From the NCBI RefSeq assembly GCF_036323395.1, contig NZ_AP028907.1, forward strand, positions 1,830,001 through 1,862,000: 32,000 bases of DNA. The letters run 5' to 3'. The notes under the pieces were generated by a model that did not search any database, was not told the origin of the DNA, and saw nothing but the letters and a program-made list of their open reading frames with translations. Source of the DNA: Pyrodictium abyssi (GTDB lineage Archaea > Thermoproteota > Thermoprotei_A > Sulfolobales > Pyrodictiaceae). The first letter of the stretch is position 1, and every line of letters starts with the position of its first letter. The position numbers and the translations under genes are program-made. Below, piece after piece: positions 1 to 7,864 of this stretch.

Positions 1-178
1 GGCTGTAGGGTAGGCCGAGGACCCTAACGTATACTTCTACATCAGATATGTCTGATACCATACCGTGACACCCTTTGTTGCCCGGAGGCTGCCTCGGAGG
101 GGCGTATAGGGGTTCTCTCGCCCCCGGGGTATCCGTCGGGCTGCCGGGATAGTTGTGTGTCCCTGTGTTCTGCTGAGT

Positions 179-1246
179 CTATGTTATGGGTTGGGGCTGT
201 AGCCCGCGGCTCCGGAGGAGGTTCTCTACTATCCGGACGGCTTCGCTGAACGCCCTCTCTAGGCTAGCCCGGACGGACGCACCTGCTGCCTGGGCGTGGC
301 CTCCCCCGCCGCCACCCAGGCTCCGGCCTAGCTGCTCCATTATGTCGCGGCCTAGGTGGATACCGAGCTTCTCTACGATGCTTTTCCTGGCCCTGCCTAC
401 CACACGGGTCTCTGACCCCCGCTCGGAGACTACTATCACGAGGTCGGCGCCGAGGTCTAGCAGAGCACGGGCCACGCTAGACTCGTAGGCACCTACGTGT
501 GTGAAGGCTACTATGTAGTCGCCTGCGCGCACGCAGTGCATCCTCTTGGCGCCCTTTATACGGGCTATGCGCTCCGGGGGCTCCATGGGCGGCGACTGTA
601 GCGCTTTGAGGACGCGTTCGAGGCTTGCACCCTGCTCTAGGAGCTCGGAGGCTATCCGGAGAGTCCGGGCGTTGGAGAGTATGAAGTGTCTTGTATCGTA
701 GACTATTCCCGCCAGGAGTAGCTCTAGCGCCTTCTTGTCGAGCTCGAGGCCTAGGACGTGGGTTGCCATGAGGTAGACGAGTTCGGAGGTGGCGCGCGCT
801 GTAGCGTCGTGGATGGCCACCTTGGCGCGCTCTACTAGCTTGTTGGACGAGTGATGGTCTATAACCACGAGGAGCACGTTGAGCGCGAAGTTTGACAGCT
901 CTCCCAGCTGCTCAGGCGAGGCGGTGTCAACTACTACTGCCATGGCTGATTCTTCTGGTGCCTCGTCCTCGACGTCTCCAGGCTCCTTGCCTATTATCTC
1001 GCGTACTAGCCTCTTGCTTGCCTGGCTCAGCCCCTCGGGGAAAACCAGCCTAGCATCGTAGCCTTCTGCACGCAGTATCTCCCGGACCACGTAGGCGGAC
1101 GCCAGTGCGTCGGGGTCGGCGTTACGGTGGCCCATTACTACTATGGGGGTCCCGGCAGAGTCAGCTAGCTCTAGCATCTCCCTCGTCTTCTCTCTCAGCC
1201 ACTCTGGCACGTAGCCGCTCTTCGAGCCACCTTGCTGCCTCGTCAA
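179..1246 (-). CDS. DHH/DHHA1-family phosphoesterase (NrnA/RecJ-like)
   Basis: 355-aa ORF with GHRNADPDALASA (motif I), VVIDHHSS (DHH motif) and GGGGGGHAQAAGA (DHHA1 GGGH motif). The longest-ORF start is TTG at 1246 and overlaps the upstream gene by 86 nt. ATG at 1177 is an alternative start. Confidence 0.85.
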   Translation of the reverse strand: MTRQQGGSKSGYVPEWLREKTREMLELADSAGTPIVVMGHRNADPDALASAYVVREILRAEGYDARLVFPEGLSQASKRLVREIIGKEPGDVEDEAPEESAMAVVVDTASPEQLGELSNFALNVLLVVIDHHSSNKLVERAKVAIHDATARATSELVYLMATHVLGLELDKKALELLLAGIVYDTRHFILSNARTLRIASELLEQGASLERVLKALQSPPMEPPERIARIKGAKRMHCVRAGDYIVAFTHVGAYESSVARALLDLGADLVIVVSERGSETRVVGRARKSIVEKLGIHLGRDIMEQLGRSLGGGGGGHAQAAGASVRASLERAFSEAVRIVENLLRSRGLQPQPIT

Positions 1247-1502
1247 TAGCCTCAGCCACTACCTCGTCGTAGGATAAGGGGGCTATCAGCCTACCCGTAA
1301 CCCTGACGTCTATGTATACCCGCAGGCTCCTCCCGTCTGGGCTTAGCTCGCCCTCTACTATTATGTCGAGTTCTTCGAGGCGCCGGCGTAGGATCTTCTC
1401 CAGGCGTGTAGATACTATCTTCTCTACGCTGGCTAGCAGCTCCTCGAGTTCTTCAGGGGTTAGAGGCTTTGCGTCCAAGCCGACGTTTACTACACGCGGC
1501 AT
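1161..1502 (-). CDS. Small acidic conserved archaeal protein (tentatively DUF3194-like)
   Basis: 113-aa ORF with an ATG start at 1502. Protein-like composition with alternating helix/strand pattern (EELEELLASVEKIV..., SLRVYIDVRVTG). It sits downstream of prefoldin beta, as in other archaeal superoperons. The family assignment is from memory only. Confidence 0.6.
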   Translation of the reverse strand: MPRVVNVGLDAKPLTPEELEELLASVEKIVSTRLEKILRRRLEELDIIVEGELSPDGRSLRVYIDVRVTGRLIAPLSYDEVVAEAIDEAARWLEERLRARVAEREDEGDARAS

Positions 1503-1673
1503 ACCTGGGCACAGCCCCGGTAGACTGCGTCTTCATCATCCAAGACGTACGTCGCGGCCAGCCTATCGGCGGGGCAGCTATGCGTGGTAGACGCCTAGGC
1601 CCGGGCCACGCGTTGGTAGCTGGCAGCAAGCCTCAAAGGTTGAGCGATTCAACGCATGGCCGGCTCGCAGTGT

Positions 1674-1678
1674 AAAAA
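1674..1678 (-). terminator. Oligo-T (T5) archaeal terminator candidate after prefoldin beta
   Basis: Minus strand reads CCTGTTTTTACAC about 29 nt downstream of the pfdB stop codon (1707-1709). Confidence 0.4.
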
Positions 1679-1706
1679 CAGGCAAGCCTCCTCGGCGTCT
1701 GCGGGG

Positions 1707-2084
1707 CTAGCCTCCCGCGCCTCCCTGTTTACCTAGCGTGAGCCGCGTCTGCAGCTGCTTAATCTCCTGGGCGAGCTTGTCGAGCTGTTTCTTGATCTCG
1801 TCCTCCTGCTTCTTAAGCTTCTGGAGCCTTAGCTCGAGTATCTCTAGCCTATCCTTGAGCTCCTGGACCACCTTGCCGCGGTCCACGCGTACGAGTATGT
1901 TGGCCTCCATGCGGTATACCGGGGCGTCTTCCCCGGCTTCCTCTAGGAGCTTTAGGACCTTCTGCGTCTCAGCTATCTCGCTCTCAACCGCTACACGCTC
2001 CTGAGCTATCCTCGCGTACTGGGCCTGAAGGCTCTGGAAGCGTGTGAGCTTGTTTTCGAGCTCCGGCGGTATACGCTGCGCCAC
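1707..2084 (-). CDS. pfdB: Prefoldin subunit beta
   Basis: 125-aa coiled-coil protein. LTRFQSLQAQYARIAQERVAVESEIAETQKVLKLLEE...VYRMEANILVRV...LEILELRLQKLKKQE is the typical prefoldin beta layout. GTG start lies 2 nt after the Pcc1 stop. Confidence 0.9.
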   Translation of the reverse strand: MAQRIPPELENKLTRFQSLQAQYARIAQERVAVESEIAETQKVLKLLEEAGEDAPVYRMEANILVRVDRGKVVQELKDRLEILELRLQKLKKQEDEIKKQLDKLAQEIKQLQTRLTLGKQGGAGG

Positions 2085-2086
2085 AT

Positions 2087-2341
2087 CTATTCACCTGTAG
2101 CTTCGACCGCTTCGAATGTCGCTGCCGCTAGGCTAAGATAAGCGTTTATCAAGGTCCGGGCTGATGAGGGGTCGCGCGCGTCAATGCATATCGACAGAGT
2201 ATCCTTCTCCGCGTGGACCTCTACGCGCCCCCTCCGGGGGTCCGGCGGGTTACGCGCCTCAGTCTCAAGAGCCCTTGCCAGCGCCCGAGCTAGCTTCTCG
2301 GAGAGGCCCTTTAGCCTTATGCAGCCGGAGACCCGCGTCAT
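2087..2341 (-). CDS. pcc1: KEOPS complex subunit Pcc1
   Basis: 84-aa ORF. LSEKLARALARALETEA...VEVHAEKDTLSICIDARDPSSARTLINAYLSLAAATFE matches the Pcc1/CTAG fold pattern. It holds the conserved position between Brix and prefoldin beta. ATG start at 2341 overlaps the Brix 3' end. Confidence 0.75.
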   Translation of the reverse strand: MTRVSGCIRLKGLSEKLARALARALETEARNPPDPRRGRVEVHAEKDTLSICIDARDPSSARTLINAYLSLAAATFEAVEATGE

Positions 2342-2915
2342 AGTCCACTACACCTGCTATACGTAGTAGCGGGCCGCAGACTCTGCCCGTGCTACAGCGG
2401 AACTCCACCTCAGCGATAGAGCTCCTCCCCTTATCAAGGACAGCGACCACGTCGAACCGGTCAAGAGCCTCGCCGTAGTCTATAGCTATGCTTGCAAGCA
2501 GGGTCCTGGCGAGTATATCCGCGAGACGATGAAGCTCGTCGCCGGCTGCCGGCGGCACGTATACGCCAAGGCTCTGGGCTCCATAGGCCCGCTGCGCGCC
2601 CGGCGTCTCGCGGGAGAGCCGTACACCCTCCAGCATTATACGCGCCATGAGCCTCAGCTCTAGACTAGGGGGCTCAAGAGGCTCATAGACATGCAGTGTA
2701 CCGGGATTACCCTTCCACACCGACACCACTATCACGCGCTGTGCCCCACGCGCTACTGCCTCGTAGTACAGGTCGCGTAGCGTAGCCTTGCCGCGTGTCA
2801 GCTTTTCTGCGCCCGGCAGAACTGATACCAGGTCCTTAACGAAGCTCCTAACACGCTGCGTGGGCCTATGGGATGTCGTCACTATTATGCGGGTCCTCCT
2901 AGCCGCGGCAGGCAA
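2265..2915 (-). CDS. Brix-domain ribosome biogenesis protein (Imp4-like)
   Basis: 216-aa ORF. RIIVTTSHRPTQRVRSFVKDLVSVLPGAEKLTRGKATLRDLYYEA...VIVVSVWKGNPG is a typical archaeal Brix domain. Apparent TTG start. Confidence 0.85.
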   Translation of the reverse strand: MPAAARRTRIIVTTSHRPTQRVRSFVKDLVSVLPGAEKLTRGKATLRDLYYEAVARGAQRVIVVSVWKGNPGTLHVYEPLEPPSLELRLMARIMLEGVRLSRETPGAQRAYGAQSLGVYVPPAAGDELHRLADILARTLLASIAIDYGEALDRFDVVAVLDKGRSSIAEVEFRCSTGRVCGPLLRIAGVVDYDAGLRLHKAKGPLREASSGAGKGS

Positions 2916-3093
2916 GGCGGTATCACGCTGCCAAGAGTCTACCAGGATGGCTCACGGGGCTCTGAGAGCCACTACGCATTGTAAGAGGCCACTGTATTGG
3001 TTCAAAAGAGGCTTCACAGCCCCGGGGCGAGGGGCGGGATTGTCTCCCTCTACAAGGGACAGTTGAGCGTAAAACCCTGCGGTCTTATTCTGG

Positions 3094-3360
3094 CTAGTCT
3101 TCGCGTATGACTACCTTTGGGAAGTTCTTGTTCAGCCCTGTCCTGGGTACGTAGGCGCCGCCAGCCCACGTCGAGCCGCACTTCGTACACGTCCATAGGC
3201 CTACACTTATCCTCTTCACGTGGCCCTTTACGCCGCAGAACGGGCACATGTGGTCTGCGTAGCGACGCTCCATTACGTCTCTCCAGCGCTTTCTCAGCGT
3301 GGAGCCGTAGCGCGGACCAAACCTGCCAGCTATGCCTACTGTGCGTGTGCGCCTCGCCAT
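3094..3360 (-). CDS. rpl37ae: 50S ribosomal protein L37Ae (eL43)
   Basis: 88 aa. MARRTRTVGIAGRFGPRYGSTLRKR..., with zinc ribbon CPFCG...CTKCG. Confidence 0.97.
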   Translation of the reverse strand: MARRTRTVGIAGRFGPRYGSTLRKRWRDVMERRYADHMCPFCGVKGHVKRISVGLWTCTKCGSTWAGGAYVPRTGLNKNFPKVVIRED

Positions 3361-3437
3361 TACCGTGCTCCCCCGCAGCGCATAACAGGTAGAGCCTAGG
3401 TTATAAGAAGTATTGTCCGCCGACGCTTCCGGCCGCG

Positions 3438-4430
3438 CTACTCCCCGGAGCCTTCTCCGCCGCTCTGCCCCTCTTCGTCGGCCACTTCGGCTATCTCGAC
3501 TGATTCCTCGTGCTCCCTGTGGGGCGCTGGCTGCAGCTCTGCCGCCCCTTCGGCTGCCTCCTCGGTTTTCTCTGTCCTTAGCTCCTCCTCCATCTTTGCG
3601 CGGTATGGTAGTACCATGTCTTCAAGCGCCTTGTGGTATATACTAGCCTTGTTGACAGCTATAGCCACAGCTGATAGTACTTCGCGGTACTCTAGGTCGC
3701 CCATACCGGTCTTCTGGATGCCCGCTATCCGGCCGTCATCGCTGACTGCCACGACCATTCTCGTATCTGCTACCTGCTCTTCCTCGTAGGTCGGGTCTAC
3801 TACGAGCTTTCCAGCTATCTTCGCAAGGGTTACGGTGACTACGCGGCGATTCACCGGGACTACTCTGGTGAACCTACTACGGTCGACCCGGTACCCGTCC
3901 TCGGTCTTAACGGCTACTGGCAGCCTAGCTGATAGGAGGGCAGCCATAGCCGCCAGCATGGATGCATCGAAGAGGTTACCGTCATGGTTAAGCACGTATA
4001 TGTCCACGAATAGGCGCCACACGTGCTTACCGGGCTCCAGGACAAGCTGGTCTAGTGCTACAGCCTTTATCTCGCGAAGGCTCCTATCTATCACGCGTGC
4101 CAGCTCTATAGCGTTCTCGTCCGGTGGGCCGGGCTCGAAGGTAGGCGAGGCCAGTGGCACGAACTCTGCGTGGACTACGAGTACACCCTCGTTAGGCGTA
4201 TCGGGGAATGGGGCCACTATGTCGGTCTTAACACCCGCCAGCACAATAGTCTGCCCTAGTCTGACTAGTGCTGAGCCCTCGGCGCGCTCTATGTAGCCGG
4301 GCACTATCTCTATCTTTCTTACCTCGTCTAGCTTCCGGCCATCTAGCCGGACACCACGCGATAGTAGCGTCTCCATAGTGTAGCGCTTTAGCTTCGGCAC
4401 CACAGGCTGGAATGAGGGCGTAATGCTCAC
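3438..4430 (-). CDS. rrp42: Exosome complex component Rrp42 (RNase PH-like, inactive subunit) with acidic C-terminal tail
   Basis: 330 aa with an RNase PH fold pattern ([39 protein letters not shown]...). GTG start overlaps the rrp41 stop (GTGA at 4427-4430). The last ~55 aa are Glu-rich and low-complexity. Confidence 0.92.
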   Translation of the reverse strand: MSITPSFQPVVPKLKRYTMETLLSRGVRLDGRKLDEVRKIEIVPGYIERAEGSALVRLGQTIVLAGVKTDIVAPFPDTPNEGVLVVHAEFVPLASPTFEPGPPDENAIELARVIDRSLREIKAVALDQLVLEPGKHVWRLFVDIYVLNHDGNLFDASMLAAMAALLSARLPVAVKTEDGYRVDRSRFTRVVPVNRRVVTVTLAKIAGKLVVDPTYEEEQVADTRMVVAVSDDGRIAGIQKTGMGDLEYREVLSAVAIAVNKASIYHKALEDMVLPYRAKMEEELRTEKTEEAAEGAAELQPAPHREHEESVEIAEVADEEGQSGGEGSGE

Positions 4431-5197
4431 TGCTCACCACCCTCCTGGACTACCTCTACATACTTCCTACGGAGCGCCTCCTTCTGCAGCTTGTATATGG
4501 TCTGGATGCCCTTACGCGCAAGCTCCATCGCTTGTACAAACTCATCGTGGGTCAATACACCGTTAAGCTGGAGGAGGAGCACCTTGCCTAGGTTAGGCGC
4601 CATAGCCACTGGCATATCCGCTTCCGCGTAATTATCCTCTATCTCATCTATATCAAGCACTAGCACACCGTCCACCTTACCAACTGCGACACCCGCTACT
4701 AGGTCGCGCATAGCTATCCCAGCATCCGCGAGTGCTAGGCTCGCTGCTGTTATAGCAGCAGTCCGTGTACCCCCATCGGACTGGAGCACCTCCATATACA
4801 CGTCGATTGCTGTACGGGGAAACAGCTCTGTGAGCACGACCGCCTCTAGGGCCTCGCGGATGACCTTGGACAGCTCGACCTCTCTACGTGTAGGTGCAGG
4901 CGTCTTACGCTCCGCAGTAGAGAATGGCGCCATGTGGTACCTGCATCTTATGACAGCCCGGTCTGGCAGCGCCATGTGGCGTGGATGCGCCTCACGGGGA
5001 CCATAGACTGCGGCTAGTACACGAGTCCCGCCGTACTCTACCAGCGCGGAGCCATCTGCGTTGCTTAGTACGCCCACCTCCATGCGTATGGGCCGTAGCT
5101 GCGCCGCCAGCCTACCATCGTGGCGTATCGCTACCTTCTGGCCGTCACGCTCCTCCCAGCGTATAAGGACCGGCTTCTCGCCTGCTCCACCGCCCAA
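4427..5197 (-). CDS. rrp41: Exosome complex exonuclease Rrp41 (RNase PH-like catalytic subunit)
   Basis: 256 aa. [45 protein letters not shown]...[21 protein letters not shown]. Confidence 0.95.
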   Translation of the reverse strand: MGGGAGEKPVLIRWEERDGQKVAIRHDGRLAAQLRPIRMEVGVLSNADGSALVEYGGTRVLAAVYGPREAHPRHMALPDRAVIRCRYHMAPFSTAERKTPAPTRREVELSKVIREALEAVVLTELFPRTAIDVYMEVLQSDGGTRTAAITAASLALADAGIAMRDLVAGVAVGKVDGVLVLDIDEIEDNYAEADMPVAMAPNLGKVLLLQLNGVLTHDEFVQAMELARKGIQTIYKLQKEALRRKYVEVVQEGGEQ

Positions 5198-5200
5198 GAC

Positions 5201-5923
5201 TTACACACCTCTACGTGCCTTCTCCCTGCGTATAAACTCACGCACTCTCTCAGTGAGCCCTGTCGTGTGAGCTTCTGCTTCTATCTTCTTTATAGAGAGA
5301 ACAACTATCTCTTCCAGGTCCTTATTGGGACAGTTCACGAGTATACGGCCATTCTGGCCCACAACTATCTCGCAACCAGACTCGTTCATCAACATGTTTA
5401 CCATTGAACCCTTCTTGCCTATGACCCGGGGTATCCGGCTAGGCTTTATCTCGACTATAGAACCCTCGACGATCCTGCCCAGACCCTTGCCTTTGATCGT
5501 TAGGAGCGGGTCCCGTGCACGGTCGAAAGCGACAACCTTGGCCACTATATAGTCGCCTACATCCAGGTATTTCTTGAGACTGTCTACCGCTGGGTTAAAC
5601 GGCCTATCGAGGACCTCCTGTATAGTGAGAATCCCTTTGTAAGGGGAGGCGATATCCACCTCCCAGTGCGTTAGCCCAATGTCCTTTACAAGCCCTATCA
5701 CTATGTCGCCTGGCTTTGGTATGTAGGCGCCCTCAAGTGGTATTATGCTTATCTTGTACTTACCGTTCTCGAGCTGCTGGACGTTTACAAGACCCGTTAT
5801 CGTCGCGTAGTACTGGTTGCCCTTACGCTCTATGAAGGGCGACTCAACTACTATGTCGTTGCCTTCAGCTATGATATCTCCCGGTAAAACTATTGACCTG
5901 GATTGTACGTGTATACGCGCCAA
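5201..5923 (-). CDS. rrp4: Exosome RNA-binding subunit Rrp4 (S1 + KH domains)
   Basis: 240 aa. S1-like region (PKPGDIVIGLVKDIGLTHWEVDI) and KH region (IPRVIGKKGSMVNMLMNESGCEIVVGQNGRILV). Apparent TTG start. Confidence 0.93.
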   Translation of the reverse strand: MARIHVQSRSIVLPGDIIAEGNDIVVESPFIERKGNQYYATITGLVNVQQLENGKYKISIIPLEGAYIPKPGDIVIGLVKDIGLTHWEVDIASPYKGILTIQEVLDRPFNPAVDSLKKYLDVGDYIVAKVVAFDRARDPLLTIKGKGLGRIVEGSIVEIKPSRIPRVIGKKGSMVNMLMNESGCEIVVGQNGRILVNCPNKDLEEIVVLSIKKIEAEAHTTGLTERVREFIRREKARRGV

Positions 5924-5929
5924 CCCCGA

Positions 5930-6643
5930 TTACACCACGCTCACGACTTTAACGTCAACATTGCCCCGGGTAAGCTTATTGAGCTTATCCATGACTTCTT
6001 GCTGTAGGCCAGCCGGTATCTCTAGCTCAGCCACGAGGCTGCCATCGCTACGCCAGTCCATATGTTTTACCTCCCCAAGCTTGGAGAGCGCGCCAGCCAC
6101 CCGCCCGGAATACTCTGCAGGTACTACAATACGGAGCAGCGCTTTCGCCAACTTTATGGGGATTATGCGGCTGATTGCACGTATTATCTGCGGCGCCTGC
6201 TCTTCAACACTCTTAAACGGGTCTACACCGACACCAGCTTGCTCCATAGCAGCTTCTATCCTTGCAGGTGGTATAGGAAGCTTAGTCTTCGGATCAATCG
6301 CGTTACGAGCTATGTAGTTTATAAGCTGCCTACGCTTAGCCTCGATGAGCTTTCTACGCTGCTCAGCAGTAAGCTGCAGCTCTCCACGCCTCACTATCTC
6401 AGCGACAATCTTGACTACGTCGTCTGTGCCGAATACCCGGCGGAGAAGCTCGGGGGAGGCGCGGAGCCCCCGCCGAAGGTCAGTGTATACAGCGTCGCTA
6501 ATGACGAGATCCTCCAGGTTCACATCCCTGCCCTGCTTATAGTCAAAAGCAAGGTCAGGGTTTACGAGTACTTCGAACCTCTTGCCCCCTACCTCTAGCC
6601 TCGCAACCACGGGCTCGTGCTCGCCCTTGCTTCGGCGCGGCAT
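5930..6643 (-). CDS. SBDS-family ribosome maturation protein (Sdo1)
   Basis: 237 aa. VVARLEVGGKRFEVLVNPDLAFDYKQG...VYTDLRRG is a typical SBDS N-terminal FYSH domain. Conserved position between psmA and rrp4. Confidence 0.9.
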   Translation of the reverse strand: MPRRSKGEHEPVVARLEVGGKRFEVLVNPDLAFDYKQGRDVNLEDLVISDAVYTDLRRGLRASPELLRRVFGTDDVVKIVAEIVRRGELQLTAEQRRKLIEAKRRQLINYIARNAIDPKTKLPIPPARIEAAMEQAGVGVDPFKSVEEQAPQIIRAISRIIPIKLAKALLRIVVPAEYSGRVAGALSKLGEVKHMDWRSDGSLVAELEIPAGLQQEVMDKLNKLTRGNVDVKVVSVV

Positions 6644-6648
6644 ACCTG

Positions 6649-7380
6649 CTAGGCACCAAGTTTTTCTAGGAACTTTTGGAGCTCCTCTTTAGACAGTTTT
6701 CTGAATTTCTGCGTCTCGGAGTCAACTATGCCTACCTCTAGCGTCTCAGTCGTAGGCTTGCCCTCCATGACCGAAGCGACCGCCTTCATTCCAAGCAGTA
6801 TCGCGTCCTCTAGCTTCATGTCGTCGCGGTACTCTCTCTGCAGCACCTCTATCGCCTGGCCACCGCCCTGCCCTAGGCCGTGAGCCTTGTAGCTTATGTA
6901 CTGGCCGCTTGGCTCAGCAACGTATAGTTTAGGCCCAGTGTCATCCACGCCAGCTATCATGAGGGTTACGCCGAAGGGGCGGACACCGCCATGCTGCGTG
7001 TAGACCTGCATCAGGTCGCATATCTGGCGGGTCAGGTACTCTACAGGTATCGGCTCCCCGTAGACGAACCTGTACTGTACCGCTAGGAGCCTAGCATAGT
7101 CTATCAGTATGCGTCCGTCGCTGCCGAACCCGACGAAGCCTGCACCTATATGACCATCCACCATGTAGACCTTCTCTAGCTGGCTAATGTCTATTAGTGG
7201 GCTTGTCTTCCTCTTCTCCGCTACTATAACCACACCATCCACTGCGCGGACCCCGACCATGGTCCAGCCGCGCTTGGCAGCCTCCATGGCGTACTCTACT
7301 TGGAAGAGACGGCCGTCCGGCGAGAACATCGACGTAGAACGGTCATACCCCATCATCGCTGGCGGTGCGGGGAACGACAC
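6649..7380 (-). CDS. psmA: Proteasome subunit alpha
   Basis: 243 aa. GYDRSTSMFSPDGRLFQVEYAMEAAKRG is the alpha-subunit signature. The longest ORF starts at GTG 7380; an ATG (MMGYDRS) at 7356 is equally plausible. Confidence 0.96.
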   Translation of the reverse strand: MSFPAPPAMMGYDRSTSMFSPDGRLFQVEYAMEAAKRGWTMVGVRAVDGVVIVAEKRKTSPLIDISQLEKVYMVDGHIGAGFVGFGSDGRILIDYARLLAVQYRFVYGEPIPVEYLTRQICDLMQVYTQHGGVRPFGVTLMIAGVDDTGPKLYVAEPSGQYISYKAHGLGQGGGQAIEVLQREYRDDMKLEDAILLGMKAVASVMEGKPTTETLEVGIVDSETQKFRKLSKEELQKFLEKLGA

Positions 7381-7426
7381 TGTGCGTCACACCCTCCAAG
7401 CCGTGAGCATAGACACATACCTAAGC

Positions 7427-7433
7427 ATAAAAA
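7427..7433. promoter_or_regulatory. TATA-like element (TTTTTAT on minus / ATAAAAA on plus)
   Basis: The only AT-rich box between psmA and the structured region. It lies ~47-53 nt upstream of psmA GTG 7380 on the minus strand and ~40 nt upstream of the first strong helix (7472) on the plus strand. Orientation is not resolvable by eye. Confidence 0.35.
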
Positions 7434-7471
7434 GCCTTATCTGAGCCACAATAACCAGCTGGAATACGCAT

Positions 7472-7731
7472 GGGCCGGTGAAGAAGAGTCCGAAAACCGA
7501 GAACCGGAGAGAATGGCTATGCGGAGTCTTCTCGCCCCAGAGGCCCGCTTCTCCACGATGAGCGCCAAGGCGCCGCGAAACCCGGATAACCTTCTCCTGC
7601 TCTCTAGTGCTCTAATCGGGCCTCTCGGGTGCCACCGGGCCCCAGACAGCCCCGAAGCCCTGGGGCTGTGGCCTGGGGATGAAGGGGCTCTGCGCGCCGG
7701 AACAACCATACCCTGGCGCTTATTCTTGACC
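7472..7731 (+). ncRNA. Candidate structured non-coding RNA, family unassigned (weak RNase P RNA CR-I/CR-V-like motifs)
   Basis: No credible ORF on either strand. Strong helices: 7482-7492 with 7522-7532 (10/11 bp), extended by 7477-7480 with 7533-7536 and 7472-7476 with 7542-7546. A perfect 9-bp alternative pairs 7539-7547 with 7617-7625. A 14-bp hairpin spans 7640-7678 and a 7-bp hairpin spans 7694-7719. RNase P-like strings: GAAGAGUCCG (7483-7492), GAUGAAGGGGC (7678-7688), GGCGCUUAU (7715-7723). Strand and ends are uncertain. Confidence 0.35.
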
Positions 7732-7773
7732 TCTATACCTAGGGCTACATGATGGAGGAACGGGATAAGCGCT

Positions 7774-7831
7774 GTGATGAGCGCGTCCTTCGTGTAGAGC
7801 AAAGGCGATGACTTGGAGGCCCCATTACTGA
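7774..7831 (+). ncRNA. Weak C/D-box sRNA candidate
   Basis: Canonical C box GUGAUGA (7774-7780) and D box CUGA (7828-7831), 58 nt overall. Internal C'-like CGAUGAC (7806-7812). No clean D' box, a 15-nt C'-D spacer instead of ~12, and only a 2-bp terminal stem. Confidence 0.2.
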
Positions 7832-7864
7832 GCATACTGCATTGACGCTGGAGGGGCGTTAGGC

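Noticed and set aside
1-61. Possible 5' end of a further minus-strand gene (ATG at 61-59, MVSDISDVEVYVRVLGLPYS..., open to the window edge), and a small inverted repeat ATCAGAtatgTCTGAT at 41-56.
   Set aside because: Only 20 codons are visible and no motif is recognisable. It cannot be supported from this window alone.
1598-1668. tRNA-like strings (GUUGGUAG D-loop-like, GCGATTCAACGC T-arm-like) between the small ORF and pfdB, plus a minus-strand GAUGAUGA C-box-like string at 1531-1538.
   Set aside because: I could not build a 7-bp acceptor stem, a 5-bp T stem or an anticodon arm. No CUGA D box lies at the right distance from the C-box-like string.
2916-3093. Search for the small zinc-ribbon RNA polymerase subunit RpoP (Rpc10), which often follows L37Ae in the archaeal superoperon. 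Also noted a perfect 6-1-6 palindrome GGCTCTgAGAGCC at 2958-2970.
   Set aside because: I translated all minus-strand frames of the 178-bp spacer by hand and found no CxxC-containing ORF longer than ~20 aa. The palindrome alone is too short to interpret.
7437-7480. Resemblance of CUGAGCC...AACCAGCUGGAAUACGCAUGGG to the TPP riboswitch core (CUGAGA...CCUGAUCUGGAUAAUGCCAGCG), which is tempting given thiI nearby.
   Set aside because: CCAGCUGG is a contiguous palindrome that cannot form the P5 hairpin, the CUGAGA box is imperfect, and no P1-P3 helices can be drawn.
7300-7835. ORFs 7300-7752 (+, 150 aa) and 7437-7835 (-, 132 aa) in the psmA-upstream region.
   Set aside because: The translations are Arg/Ser/Pro/Gly-rich with no recognisable domain. 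One starts antisense inside psmA. The DNA is better explained by extensive base pairing (structured RNA).
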